Shown here: positions 25,667 to 34,454 of the stretch, in pieces
Position numbering within the stretch: the first letter of the stretch is position 1
Layout: the number at the start of each line of letters is the position of its first letter
IMG/VR virus record: IMGVR_UViG_3300011432_000003
Location: 1-56,805 of that record
Strand: one strand, 5' to 3'
DNA from: a virus
Lineage: Duplodnaviria > Caudoviricetes
DNA length: 56,805 bases
Translations under genes and position numbers: made by a program
Notes under the pieces: model-generated
The model's database searches: none
Seen by the model: only the letters and a program-made list of their open reading frames with translations
Told to the model about the DNA's origin: nothing

Positions 25667-26380
25667 ATGCAGCGCGCGCTCCGCATGCGGAAAAGCGATT
25701 TCGAGCGCGCCGTCGCGCTCTCGCGGAATGGGGATACGGCCGGCGCGCTCGAGGCGATGGCGCCGAAGCGGAAACGGGCCGCCGCGGCCGCCGGCGCCGA
25801 GCGGAAGGGACAACGGGCGGACCAAGCGGGAAAGGCCTTTCAGAAGGCAATCCGCGAGACGCTCGAGCTCGAGGCGAAGGCCGGCCGCTGCGTCTTCATC
25901 GAAGGGAATCCGCGCGTCGGCGGCGCGCCGGGCGGCATGTTCCCGATCGAGGCGACGCGCGTCGACTTTCAGGTACTCGCCGGCGGGATCTCGATCGCGT
26001 TTGACTGTAAGGCCGTGTCCGGGATGGCCGAGTTTTCCGTCCGGAATTACGTCGGGACGCCGAAGGCGATCGAGAAGCTCGAGCGGCAGATCCGGTACTT
26101 ACTCGACTTCCGGAAGCAGGGGGGAATCGCCTTCCTCTTGCTGCAGGAAGAGAAGCACGCGCGCGCGTGGCTCTGCTTTCAGCTCAAGACGTTACTCGAC
26201 GGCGGCAGCGTCCCGATCCGGACGCTCGAGCGGGAGCGCGGCGGCATCCCGGCCCGTGTCGTCGATCATCTCCCGGTCATCGTCGAGTCACCGCGACTCG
26301 TCGGGCCGAGCTGGCCGATCCTCGACGCCGCACGTACGCACGGGACAAAGACGATCCCGCTCGCCGGCGAGCCGTCATGA
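25667..26380 (+). CDS. recU: RecU-family Holliday junction resolvase
   Basis: VDF...ISIAFDCK...RQIRYLLDFRKQGGIAFLL. Confidence 0.75.
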   Translation: MQRALRMRKSDFERAVALSRNGDTAGALEAMAPKRKRAAAAAGAERKGQRADQAGKAFQKAIRETLELEAKAGRCVFIEGNPRVGGAPGGMFPIEATRVDFQVLAGGISIAFDCKAVSGMAEFSVRNYVGTPKAIEKLERQIRYLLDFRKQGGIAFLLLQEEKHARAWLCFQLKTLLDGGSVPIRTLERERGGIPARVVDHLPVIVESPRLVGPSWPILDAARTHGTKTIPLAGEPS

Positions 26381-27324
26381 AGTCCGCGCTCGTCATCCTC
26401 GCGTCCGGGATCGGGAATGTCATCCGATGGACGCCGATCGTCCCGATCCTCGTCGAGCGCGGATACATCGTCGACGTGTGGATCGTGGCGCCGGATTATC
26501 CCGAAGTGGCCTCGCTGCTCGAGCCGTCGCCGATGATCCGGCGCGTCATGATCTCGGGACTCCTGACGAAAGCGGAAGCGCCGCCGGACGCGTACGATCT
26601 GGCGATCGTCACGCGATGGGTTCCGCCGTTCATTCTCGAGCAGATCCTCGCCGTCGAGCGGCTCGAGGCGCCGGCCGAGTTTTGGCTGCAGCACGGGGAC
26701 CGGGGCGCCGTCGTGTGGACGGCGACGCAGCTCGGGTATATCAACCCGATTCCGAAGCCATTCGTTCACGCCTCGAGCCGGCGCTTCGGCCTCGAGCCGA
26801 GTACGATCGCGATCCATGCCGGCCGGAAGGCGGGATGGGATCAAAAGCAGTGGCACGGCTTCGGCGAGCTGCTCCGGTATTTCGAGCGCTTCGTCCTCAT
26901 CGGCGCCGGCGAAGATTGGACGGGGCACGAGCTCGGCGACTACGCGCGGCATCTCGCGCGCGGCCGCGACTACGTCGGGCAGCTCACGCTCCGGGATACG
27001 GCGGCGCTGCTCACCGAATGCGTCGGCGTCGTGACGATCGACTCGGGGATTTCGCATATCGCCGCAGCGCTCGGGATTGCGACGTTCCCGATCTACGGGA
27101 TCACGCGCGCGCGGCGCGAGGCGTTCGCCTTGCCGAACGTGTACCCGATCGAGAACCGGGCCGCCTGCGCGCCGAGCTGCGCGACGATCCGGTACAATGC
27201 GCGCACGTGTCCCGGCGGCCTCGCCTGCTTGTCGACGCTCACCGCGGAGACGGTCGCGGCGAAGGTCCGGAGCGTCCTCATGCTCGAGGCGCCGGCGGAC
27301 GCACCGGCGGCGGCTGCGGAATGA
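26377..27324 (+). CDS. Glycosyltransferase family 9 (ADP-heptose transferase-like)
   Basis: GIGNVI..TP, KQW, GQLTLRDTAALL, IDSGISHIAAALG, C-terminal Cys cluster. Confidence 0.85.
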   Translation: MKSALVILASGIGNVIRWTPIVPILVERGYIVDVWIVAPDYPEVASLLEPSPMIRRVMISGLLTKAEAPPDAYDLAIVTRWVPPFILEQILAVERLEAPAEFWLQHGDRGAVVWTATQLGYINPIPKPFVHASSRRFGLEPSTIAIHAGRKAGWDQKQWHGFGELLRYFERFVLIGAGEDWTGHELGDYARHLARGRDYVGQLTLRDTAALLTECVGVVTIDSGISHIAAALGIATFPIYGITRARREAFALPNVYPIENRAACAPSCATIRYNARTCPGGLACLSTLTAETVAAKVRSVLMLEAPADAPAAAAE

Positions 27325-27575
27325 TACGCGTCACCGTGGAGCTCATTAGCGCGATCAGTCCGGACCGGAATCGGGTGCTCGGAATCGCGGAGATCGCGAA
27401 CGAATCCGGCGACGAGCTGCATGCAGACTATAGCGTTCGGTTATCGAAGTGGGCGCCGAAGACGGGGGAGACGTGGAAGCGCGGCGAGGTCCGCGGCTTC
27501 GATAAAGTGCATCGGGGCGCGTGGGATCTCTTGTATCTGGCGCTGCGGGCATGCGTCGGAGATCGGAACCGATGA
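27321..27575 (+). CDS. Conserved-looking phage hypothetical protein
   Basis: MIRVTVEL...LGIAEIAN...DYSV...GAWDLLYLAL; ATGA overlaps. Confidence 0.7.
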   Translation: MIRVTVELISAISPDRNRVLGIAEIANESGDELHADYSVRLSKWAPKTGETWKRGEVRGFDKVHRGAWDLLYLALRACVGDRNR

Positions 27576-29422
27576 CACGGCCGCTCACGATCGCCGTCCG
27601 GCTCACCGGCGGGATGGGGGACGTCCTACTCGCGTCGCCGTTCCTCGAGCAGATGCACGAGATCCTCGAGAGCTGCGAGATCACGGCGTACTATCACTCG
27701 CCGAAGGTCGCGGAGTTTGTCCTCGCCGGCGCGCGCTTCGTGCACGCGATCCGGGACGTCGCGGATCTCAATCGGGCCGCGCTGCAGCGCGCGGATGTGC
27801 TCGTGCATACGGGACACTTTCCGCGCTATGTGCCGCAGAACCGGCGCGCGCTCGCGCTGCTCGGCGGCTCGGCGTTTCGGTTCCTCGTCGAAAGGAATCA
27901 GGCGGCGATCGCCGAGATCGAGGGATTCGTCACGCATCATCCGCGGTTAGACGGCGTATGGGCGCGCATGCTGCAGGGGAACGGGCACGCGATGAATTAC
28001 CTCGACGGGATCGGCCAGCTCTCCGGCTTCCCGATCGACCGGCACACGCGGCCGTTCCTCACCTTGGATCCGGGACACCGCGGCCCGGTATCGATCGCGC
28101 TCGAGCGCCGGCCGTATATCACCGTGCACGACGGTTTCGATAACCGGCAGGCACCGGCGGCCGGGCGCGCGTCAAAATGCTGGCCGCTCGAGCACTGGCA
28201 GGCGCTCGTCGCACTCCTGCGCGCCGCGCATCCCGACTACTTCATCGTACAGCTCGGCGCCGGGAAGAGCCGGCCGATCGCCGGCGTCGACGCGTGCCTG
28301 ATTGACAAGACGACGCTCGCGGAAACGGCATGGATCCTGAAGGACGCCGCGCTGCACGTCGATACGGACTCCGGCCTCGCGCATCTCGCGTACGCGCTGC
28401 ATACGCCGGCCGTCGTGCTCTTCGGGCCGACGCCGGCGCGCTACTTCGGGCACGATCCGAATACAAACGTCGCCGTCGGGCCGTGCTCGGATTGCTGGTG
28501 GAGTACGCCGGATTGGCTCGCAAAGTGTCCGCGCGGCCTCGCGACGCCGGCGTGCATGCAGGCGATCACGCCGGCACTCATCGAGGCCAAGGCGCGCGAC
28601 GTCCTCGCGCAGCGGGCACGCCAGACGCCAAAGTTCCGGGCCGGCGTGCTCCGATGTTACGACGGCATGAACGACGAGGCGCGCGCGATCGCCGACGTGA
28701 TCGCGATCACGTCCGGGCTCGAGCCGGGACCGATCACCGGGCATCTTGTCGACGGCGCGACGGGCGTCTATGTGCACGCGTCGAAGCAATGGGAATACGC
28801 GTACGCCGTGCGGTCGATCGTGGAGTACGCCGGAATCCGGAAGGCACCGGACGGCCTCGAGATTGCGCAATGCGCCGGCCTGAAGATCGCAGACGTCGGC
28901 GGCGGCCGCGGCGCGCTCGCGGCCTTCCTCGCCGCCGCCGGGGCGACGGTCGAGCAATTCGACCGGGATTACCAATGGGGCCGCAACGGGCACACGGAGC
29001 CGGCGTATCAGCGATGGAGCCGCTCCAAGGGATACCGGGCGCGCTTCGGCTCGATCTATAACCTGCCGGCGGCGTCGGAGTCATTCGACGTCGTCCTTTG
29101 CATCTCGGTCCTCGAGCACCTTCCCGACAAGCGCGCGGCGCTCCGCGAGCTCGTGCGCCTGCTCCGGCCCGGCGGGATCTGCGTCCTCACCTTCGATCTC
29201 GCGCTCGAGCCGGAGCGCTTCCGGGATGCCTTGCGCGTCGACGTCGCGGATCCGGACCGGCTCGCGGAATGGCTCGCCGCGATCGGGATCGAGTACGAGC
29301 TGCTCCCGAATGCACTTCCCGCGATCGTCGAGCTGAGTCAATCGCGGATCCAATTCGACGGCGTCGCCGGGATCCCGGACGGGATGACGGTCGCCGGCCT
29401 CACGATCACGCGCGTGCGATGA
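27572..29422 (+). CDS. GT9 glycosyltransferase fused to a class I SAM methyltransferase
   Basis: N-terminal GGMGDVLL, KCWPLEHW, DTDSGLAHLA, VLFGPT; C-terminal WEY, DVGGGRG, FDVVLCISVLEH, LLRPGG. Confidence 0.88.
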   Translation: MTRPLTIAVRLTGGMGDVLLASPFLEQMHEILESCEITAYYHSPKVAEFVLAGARFVHAIRDVADLNRAALQRADVLVHTGHFPRYVPQNRRALALLGGSAFRFLVERNQAAIAEIEGFVTHHPRLDGVWARMLQGNGHAMNYLDGIGQLSGFPIDRHTRPFLTLDPGHRGPVSIALERRPYITVHDGFDNRQAPAAGRASKCWPLEHWQALVALLRAAHPDYFIVQLGAGKSRPIAGVDACLIDKTTLAETAWILKDAALHVDTDSGLAHLAYALHTPAVVLFGPTPARYFGHDPNTNVAVGPCSDCWWSTPDWLAKCPRGLATPACMQAITPALIEAKARDVLAQRARQTPKFRAGVLRCYDGMNDEARAIADVIAITSGLEPGPITGHLVDGATGVYVHASKQWEYAYAVRSIVEYAGIRKAPDGLEIAQCAGLKIADVGGGRGALAAFLAAAGATVEQFDRDYQWGRNGHTEPAYQRWSRSKGYRARFGSIYNLPAASESFDVVLCISVLEHLPDKRAALRELVRLLRPGGICVLTFDLALEPERFRDALRVDVADPDRLAEWLAAIGIEYELLPNALPAIVELSQSRIQFDGVAGIPDGMTVAGLTITRVR

Positions 29423-29640
29423 GTGTCGCGGAACGTCGCGGCGATCTGCCGCAAGTCGCCGAAGCCGCCTTTCGGAAATTCGTCGAGCGCGTCGGCTCGC
29501 TCGAGAAGGCGGCCCGGATCTTATACGCCGAGAATTACCACTTCCGCCGGCGGCTCAAGCTGCACGACGAGCCGCTAAAGCAGCGCGCCGAGCCGATGGA
29601 TCTCGATCCCGCCTCACCCTATCGCAACCCGCGGCGATGA
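29419..29640 (+). CDS. Hypothetical protein
   Basis: ATGA overlaps. Confidence 0.6.
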   Translation: MSVAERRGDLPQVAEAAFRKFVERVGSLEKAARILYAENYHFRRRLKLHDEPLKQRAEPMDLDPASPYRNPRR

Positions 29641-29903
29641 GCGCGCTCCCGGTGTCGAAGCCATTCCGCGAGGCCTTTTGCATCCGGTGCCTCTGCACGG
29701 AGTCGAAGGCGTGCGCCGGCGGCTGCTCATGGTCCTACTTCAACGATCGGCACCGGATCGGGATCTGCTCGAGCTGCACGACGCGCGGCGATAGCACGGT
29801 CGAGGCGAAGCGCCGGGAGACACGGGAGAAGATGAAGAGCGAAGTCGATCGATTCATTAAGAGCGCGCGCGACACCTTCGCGACGCCGGATCCGCCGCGA
29901 TGA
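29637..29903 (+). CDS. Cys-rich small protein
   Basis: CIRCLCTESKACAGGCSW...ICSSC. Confidence 0.7.
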   Translation: MSALPVSKPFREAFCIRCLCTESKACAGGCSWSYFNDRHRIGICSSCTTRGDSTVEAKRRETREKMKSEVDRFIKSARDTFATPDPPR

Positions 29904-30217
29904 ACGCGATCGTAGTCGTGAGCGTCGCCGCGGCGCTCTTCGTCGGGCTCGGGATCATGGTCGCAGCGGCGTACGAGTATTCCCTCGTCCGGTATCGCGT
30001 CGAGCTCGAGGGCGCCGGCGTGCGGCTGCCGGCCGGGCGCCGGCGGCTCTGGCAATTCCTGCAGCGCGTCATCCTCTGGCCTTATGTCGTGTGGTCGACA
30101 CTGGCGACGATTCGTGACGCCGGCGATCGATCGCGGCAGGTACGGCGCGCGCAGGATCGAAGCGCGACGCGGCACGTTGAGAAGCCGCAGCGGCCGTACA
30201 AGCGGGGCAAGCGATGA
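29900..30217 (+). CDS. Membrane protein
   Basis: N-terminal TM; ILWP motif. Confidence 0.6.
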   Translation: MNAIVVVSVAAALFVGLGIMVAAAYEYSLVRYRVELEGAGVRLPAGRRRLWQFLQRVILWPYVVWSTLATIRDAGDRSRQVRRAQDRSATRHVEKPQRPYKRGKR

Positions 30218-30666
30218 AGCGGCCGCGCAAACTCCGGAAGGCGCCGCCGGCCCGGAAGGTCGATCGAGCCGCGGTGAAGTGGATCCAAGCGGACGACGGC
30301 GAAGGGCGCGAGCCGCTCGGCGACGATATGCTCGATCGCCGTCCGCTCCCGACGGTCGTCGAATTCTCCGCACGGGCCGGGCGATGGGAGTTACGCGTAC
30401 AGCGCTCCGGCGAGGATCCCGACGGGCCGTATCACGGGGAGCTATGGGACAACACCGACGCCGGGAATTGCCGCGCGCGCTTCCAATGCGATGACGTCGG
30501 CGACGCGATGAAGCGCCTCGAGGATCTCGTGCACACGTGGTCGACGTGCGTCGGCTGCGGGAAGCCGATCGGCGCGACGGAGCCGCTCGAGCTTGTGCGC
30601 GGCGCCGCTTGTCACGCCGGCTCGCACGCGATCGCCGTCCGTGAAATGATGGGAGCGAATCGATGA
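30214..30666 (+). CDS. Hypothetical protein
   Basis: ATGA overlaps; CVGC...CH. Confidence 0.6.
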   Translation: MKRPRKLRKAPPARKVDRAAVKWIQADDGEGREPLGDDMLDRRPLPTVVEFSARAGRWELRVQRSGEDPDGPYHGELWDNTDAGNCRARFQCDDVGDAMKRLEDLVHTWSTCVGCGKPIGATEPLELVRGAACHAGSHAIAVREMMGANR

Positions 30667-30848
30667 GTCGACGACGAGGTTATTACGATCCGGGCCGCAG
30701 TCCGTACCCGCGGAAGGCGGAGAGCACACGGCCGGCGGCGCCGCCGAAGGACCGGCCGCTCACACGGCAGCAACGGCGGAAGCTCGAGCGCGACGCCGCA
30801 AAGGGAGACGTCGCCGCGGCGCGTCGGCTCGGGATCGTGAAAGAATGA
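30663..30848 (+). CDS. Small basic protein
   Basis: LTRQQRRKLER; overlaps at both ends. Confidence 0.55.
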   Translation: MSRRRGYYDPGRSPYPRKAESTRPAAPPKDRPLTRQQRRKLERDAAKGDVAAARRLGIVKE

Positions 30849-31264
30849 CGCCGATAGAAGTCGTCGCGGCCGTTCGCATCTGGCATCGTCAGGTATGGAT
30901 CTGCCGGCGCCTGCACGACGGAGACAGCTCGCATAACGCGGCGAGTTTTGCCGGCTCGTGGGAGTTTCCCGGCGGCAAGGTTGAGGCTACCGACGCGACG
31001 CTCGGCGCAGCGCTAAAGCGCGAGATGCTCGAGGAATTCGATGCGCGGATCGTCGTCCGCGAGTTACTCGCCTCGATCGACGCGGATCATCTCGGCAAGC
31101 GGTATCGCGTACACTTTTTCCGGGTCGTCTTCGTGCAGACGCCGGCGCTCAAGGTTCACAGTGAAACGCGATGGATGATGCCGGAAGATGCTGCAGCGCT
31201 GCCGCATCTTCCGAGCGGTGTCGAATTTTTACGCCGGCTGCAGGCCGGGGAGATCGTCGTATGA
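30845..31264 (+). CDS. Nudix hydrolase (MutT/NudG-like)
   Basis: WEFPGGKVE...ALKREMLEE Nudix box. Confidence 0.9.
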   Translation: MTPIEVVAAVRIWHRQVWICRRLHDGDSSHNAASFAGSWEFPGGKVEATDATLGAALKREMLEEFDARIVVRELLASIDADHLGKRYRVHFFRVVFVQTPALKVHSETRWMMPEDAAALPHLPSGVEFLRRLQAGEIVV

Positions 31265-32058
31265 CGCCGCTCGTCAGTTACGCGCAGATGACGCACGTCG
31301 CACGGGCCGCCGGCGCGCAGCGCGTGCGCGAGCAGCTCGGCCGGCCGATCGACGTCCATATCGACCGGGAGAGCCGCGGCCCGTGGAGCTCCGCGCGCGC
31401 GGCGTGGGAAGCGACGCCGGGCTCGTGCCGATGGCGCGTACTCCTGCAGGACGACGTCGATCTCGCGCCGGACTTCGCCGACGCGCTCGAGTGGCTGCTC
31501 ATGGAATACGGGAGCCTACTCGCTGGCCGGCCGCTCGCTCTGTATAACGGGCTCGGGGATCAACCGGACGCCGGCGAGCATTGGATCGAGCGCCGGGACG
31601 GCGTGCAGGGGCCGGCAATCGTGCTCGGGCAGCCGGACGTCGCACCTATGCTCGAGTGGTGCGAGCGCTTCGTCCGGGATTCGCCGGCGATGACGTCGAG
31701 CGATATACGGCCGTCCCTCTGGCTCGAGGCGATGGGGCGGACGTCACTCTGCCCGTCGCCGTCGTGGCTCAATCACCGCGGGTACGAGCCGTCGCTCAAC
31801 GGGACGCGCAGCTCGAGATCGCAGCCGCGGACGGCGCCGACGTGGGATCCGCATCGCCGCCTCGCCTCGATCGATTGGACGCTCGGCCTCGCACCGCGGA
31901 TCCGTGAGCTGCGCGGCCGCCGGCTCGGGGCATCGGAGCGCGTGCGCTGGCATCTCTGGCGCACGTGGCAGCGGGAGCCCGATCACGAGCTCTATCGGCT
32001 CGGCCTCGATCCGTGGGAAGGGATGCCGCGGCACCGCGGCGGACTGGCCGGGATATGA
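31261..32058 (+). CDS. GT-A fold glycosyltransferase
   Basis: MTH..R, W..ARAAW, LLQDDV (DxD-like), PSWLNH...S. Confidence 0.65.
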   Translation: MTPLVSYAQMTHVARAAGAQRVREQLGRPIDVHIDRESRGPWSSARAAWEATPGSCRWRVLLQDDVDLAPDFADALEWLLMEYGSLLAGRPLALYNGLGDQPDAGEHWIERRDGVQGPAIVLGQPDVAPMLEWCERFVRDSPAMTSSDIRPSLWLEAMGRTSLCPSPSWLNHRGYEPSLNGTRSSRSQPRTAPTWDPHRRLASIDWTLGLAPRIRELRGRRLGASERVRWHLWRTWQREPDHELYRLGLDPWEGMPRHRGGLAGI

Positions 32059-32060
32059 GA

Positions 32061-32088
32061 AGAGCCCGGCGATTGCTCGCCGGGCTCT
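32061..32088. terminator. Hairpin terminator between convergent transcription units
   Basis: AGAGCCCGGCGA-ttgc-TCGCCGGGCTCT, a perfect 12-bp stem where the + and - gene blocks meet. Confidence 0.75.
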
Positions 32089-32142
32089 CTCGCTCCGCTT
32101 ACTCCGCTCGATCGATCGCACTTGTCCAGACGCGAGGGAAAT

Positions 32143-32469
32143 CTAATGGCCGCGACGCCGGCGAGGATACGCCGCGCGGAAGGCGCGCCATGCCTCGCGA
32201 CGGGCCGCTTCCGTCCACACGAGCGCCGACGCCTTGAATCCGCACGCCTTCGCATCGGCGAGGATCTGCATCTGCCCGGCCAGCAGGCCGCCGACTTGCT
32301 TCCCGTCGGCACCGTGATACGTCACGGACCAATCGCCGATCATGCCGGACGTCGCGGCCATATTGCCCGGATGGAAGTCGATCACGGCCTTAACGGCCGG
32401 CGCCGAGTGGAAGCGCTTCGGATCGACGGGAGCGGATGCCGCGAGGCGGCGCGAGAGCTGCGTCTTCAT
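32143..32469 (-). CDS. Hypothetical protein
   Basis: Preceded by a half cassette CACTCTCACTCTCGAGGATCCTCACG-ATG. Confidence 0.7.
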   Translation of the reverse strand: MKTQLSRRLAASAPVDPKRFHSAPAVKAVIDFHPGNMAATSGMIGDWSVTYHGADGKQVGGLLAGQMQILADAKACGFKASALVWTEAARREAWRAFRAAYPRRRRGH

Positions 32470-32702
32470 CGTGAGGATCCTCGAGAGTGAGAGTGACGAC
32501 GGGGAATGAGGCCGAGATATTCGGCCGCTGCAGTGAGGGACCGGATCCGACGCGGGAATTCCGTCGGATCATTGCGATAGATCGTGCCGGTATCGGTGAT
32601 CTCGACGAAGTCATCGCCGCACGCGTAGATCGTCGAGAACGGCCGGCTCTCGATGGAGAGCCGGGCCGTCTTCGCGAGCTCGTCGAATTGCGCGCGGCGC
32701 AT
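32466..32702 (-). CDS. Hypothetical protein
   Basis: Tightly packed in the - strand block. Confidence 0.65.
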   Translation of the reverse strand: MRRAQFDELAKTARLSIESRPFSTIYACGDDFVEITDTGTIYRNDPTEFPRRIRSLTAAAEYLGLIPRRHSHSRGSSR

Positions 32703-32705
32703 CGG

Positions 32706-33050
32706 TTAGCGCGCCTCGCGAATGAACCGGACGGCCTTCGCCGTCATCGTGACGATCGCGCGCTCGCTCGAGTCGCGGATCCCGGACCAATCGCCGCCGG
32801 CCGTCCCGATCCCGCGGCCGAACCCGTCGGCGAGCGCTTCGAAGTCACAACCGGCGGACCATGCCGCTTGAATCACGTACAGATCGGCACGGGCCGAGAA
32901 CGCGAATCCGTTCCGCATCCCGCGGAATCGGCTCGTCGGCTCGCCGGCTTCGATGCACGCGAGCGCATGCGTGAGGACAACCGTCACGTCACCGGCGACG
33001 TACGGCAGGGAGTCGAGATCGGAGAGGATCGAAGCGGCGGCGGACGTCAT
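32706..33050 (-). CDS. Hypothetical protein
   Basis: Start at the cassette-6 ATG; DWSGIRDSS. Confidence 0.7.
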   Translation of the reverse strand: MTSAAASILSDLDSLPYVAGDVTVVLTHALACIEAGEPTSRFRGMRNGFAFSARADLYVIQAAWSAGCDFEALADGFGRGIGTAGGDWSGIRDSSERAIVTMTAKAVRFIREAR

Positions 33051-33115
33051 CGTGAGTACCTCGAGTGAGAGTGTATGCACATTCTAAACGTCCTTGTGCG
33101 ATTGCACAAGGGGCC
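33048..33115 (-). promoter_or_regulatory. Hairpin-promoter/RBS cassette, copy 6
   Basis: Reverse complement CC-TTGTGC-AATC-GCACAA-GG, 17-bp spacer, TAGAAT, then ACACTCTCACTCGAGGTACTCACG-ATG. Confidence 0.85.
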
Positions 33116-33315
33116 TAGAGGCGCCAATCGATGACGCAGGCGTTTACGGCGTCCGCCGCGGCCGTGCGCTCGCACCACTTCCGCACGATCCGCTCGGCGT
33201 GCGCGCGCGTCGGGGCCGTCACGATCGTACCGTCGGGCAGCATGACGAGCAGCTCGCCGGCCTCGCCGCGCTCGACGACGGCCTTCCCTTGCACGTTCAC
33301 GCGGGGCGCCGTCAT
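33115..33315 (-). CDS. Hypothetical protein
   Basis: MTAPRVNVQG...IDWRL; overlaps the upstream stop. Confidence 0.65.
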   Translation of the reverse strand: MTAPRVNVQGKAVVERGEAGELLVMLPDGTIVTAPTRAHAERIVRKWCERTAAADAVNACVIDWRL

Positions 33316-33536
33316 CGCGACGTATCCGGATCGAAGGCGATCCCGCCGATTTCGAAGCTCACGCGGTACGTCTCGGTCGTGCCGCGGCGCGTCACGCGCG
33401 CGATCCAAAGGCTGCGGGAAGGATCGTAATCGACGCGGACGCTTCGCGCCTGCAGGACACGGCGGCCGGCGCGCTCGATGCGTGAAACGTACGTCTCGCT
33501 CGGCGTCATGCCTTTGCTATACCGTGAGTAACGCAT
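33312..33536 (-). CDS. Hypothetical protein (alternative start 33509)
   Basis: Downstream of cassette 7. Confidence 0.65.
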   Translation of the reverse strand: MRYSRYSKGMTPSETYVSRIERAGRRVLQARSVRVDYDPSRSLWIARVTRRGTTETYRVSFEIGGIAFDPDTSR

Positions 33537-33600
33537 ACCGTAACCTCGAGCGTGAGAGTGTATGCACAAACTAAGAGGCCTTGTGCAATCGCACAAGGCC
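33534..33600 (-). promoter_or_regulatory. Hairpin-promoter/RBS cassette, copy 7
   Basis: Reverse complement GGCCTTGTGCGATTGCACAAGGCC, 17-bp spacer, TAGTTT, then ACACTCTCACGCTCGAGGTTACGGT-ATG. Confidence 0.85.
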
Positions 33601-33636
33601 TCGAGGCAACAAAGATCCGGGAACCTCGCCGGCGTC

Positions 33637-33897
33637 TTACCTCTGCTCGGCGGCGATCATCGCCTGCGCGACGTCGTGCCAATTGCGGACCGGGACGCCG
33701 GCGAAGCCGCGGATACATACCGTGCGCGGCTCGGCGAGGAATGGCACGAGCTCGATCGGCTCGTCAGGGATCACCGATGGCTCGATCGTGGCGACGATCG
33801 AGGGGCCGGATTCCGGCGTGACGATGAGCGCAACGTTTATGTCACCGAAGCGGGCGATCGTGTCCGCGAGCCGAGCCTGCAGTTCCGATGCTAACAT
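33637..33897 (-). CDS. Hypothetical protein
   Basis: MLASELQARLADTIARFGDINV; start at the cassette-8 ATG. Confidence 0.7.
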   Translation of the reverse strand: MLASELQARLADTIARFGDINVALIVTPESGPSIVATIEPSVIPDEPIELVPFLAEPRTVCIRGFAGVPVRNWHDVAQAMIAAEQR

Positions 33898-33961
33898 CGT
33901 GAGTAACCTCGAGTGAGAGTGTGCACACATACTAAGCGGCCTTGCGCAGTCGCACAAGGCC
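33895..33961 (-). promoter_or_regulatory. Hairpin-promoter/RBS cassette, copy 8
   Basis: Reverse complement GGCCTTGTGCGACTGCGCAAGGCC, 17-bp spacer, TAGTAT, then ACACTCTCACTCGAGGTTACTCACG-ATG. Confidence 0.85.
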
Positions 33962-33966
33962 TCGCG

Positions 33967-34212
33967 CTATTTCCAGCGCTCGAGCGGGTACTTCCGCCGA
34001 AGCTGCCGGAAGGCCGCACGCAGCGGCGCGTCGAGCTCGAGCCGATCGTCGAGCGTCATCTTCACGCCGTACGTTTCCTCGTACCAAAGTTGCATCTCGC
34101 CGCGGCCGACACGCGTCGGCGGCAGGATCTCGTCGATCTGCGTCGCCGGCGTGCGCGCTTCGAAGCGGCGCACAAACTCGGCGACGTACGCGGTGATCTG
34201 CTCGGCCGTCAT
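33967..34212 (-). CDS. Hypothetical protein
   Basis: MTAEQITAYVAEF...; ATGA overlap. Confidence 0.65.
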   Translation of the reverse strand: MTAEQITAYVAEFVRRFEARTPATQIDEILPPTRVGRGEMQLWYEETYGVKMTLDDRLELDAPLRAAFRQLRRKYPLERWK

Positions 34213-34454
34213 CGCTCGATCGCTCCGCTGCCGATCGCGCCGACACCGGCCGGCGTGCCGCTCGCCTGCCGCGCTTCCTCGACCCATTGCTCGACCGTGA
34301 AGGCGCCGAGCTGCGCGACGTACACGGCCGTCCGCGGCCAGCGTCCGACGTCGCCGGTAAAATACCAATAGTCCCGGCCGTGTACGATCTCGACACCGAC
34401 GAAGCCGGCACGGGCAAGCGCCGCATTGACGAGAGAGCGAGTGACGCGAGCCAT
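34209..34454 (-). CDS. Hypothetical protein
   Basis: MARVTRSLVNAAL...GRDYWYF...VYV...TVEQW; start at the cassette-9 ATG. Confidence 0.7.
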   Translation of the reverse strand: MARVTRSLVNAALARAGFVGVEIVHGRDYWYFTGDVGRWPRTAVYVAQLGAFTVEQWVEEARQASGTPAGVGAIGSGAIER

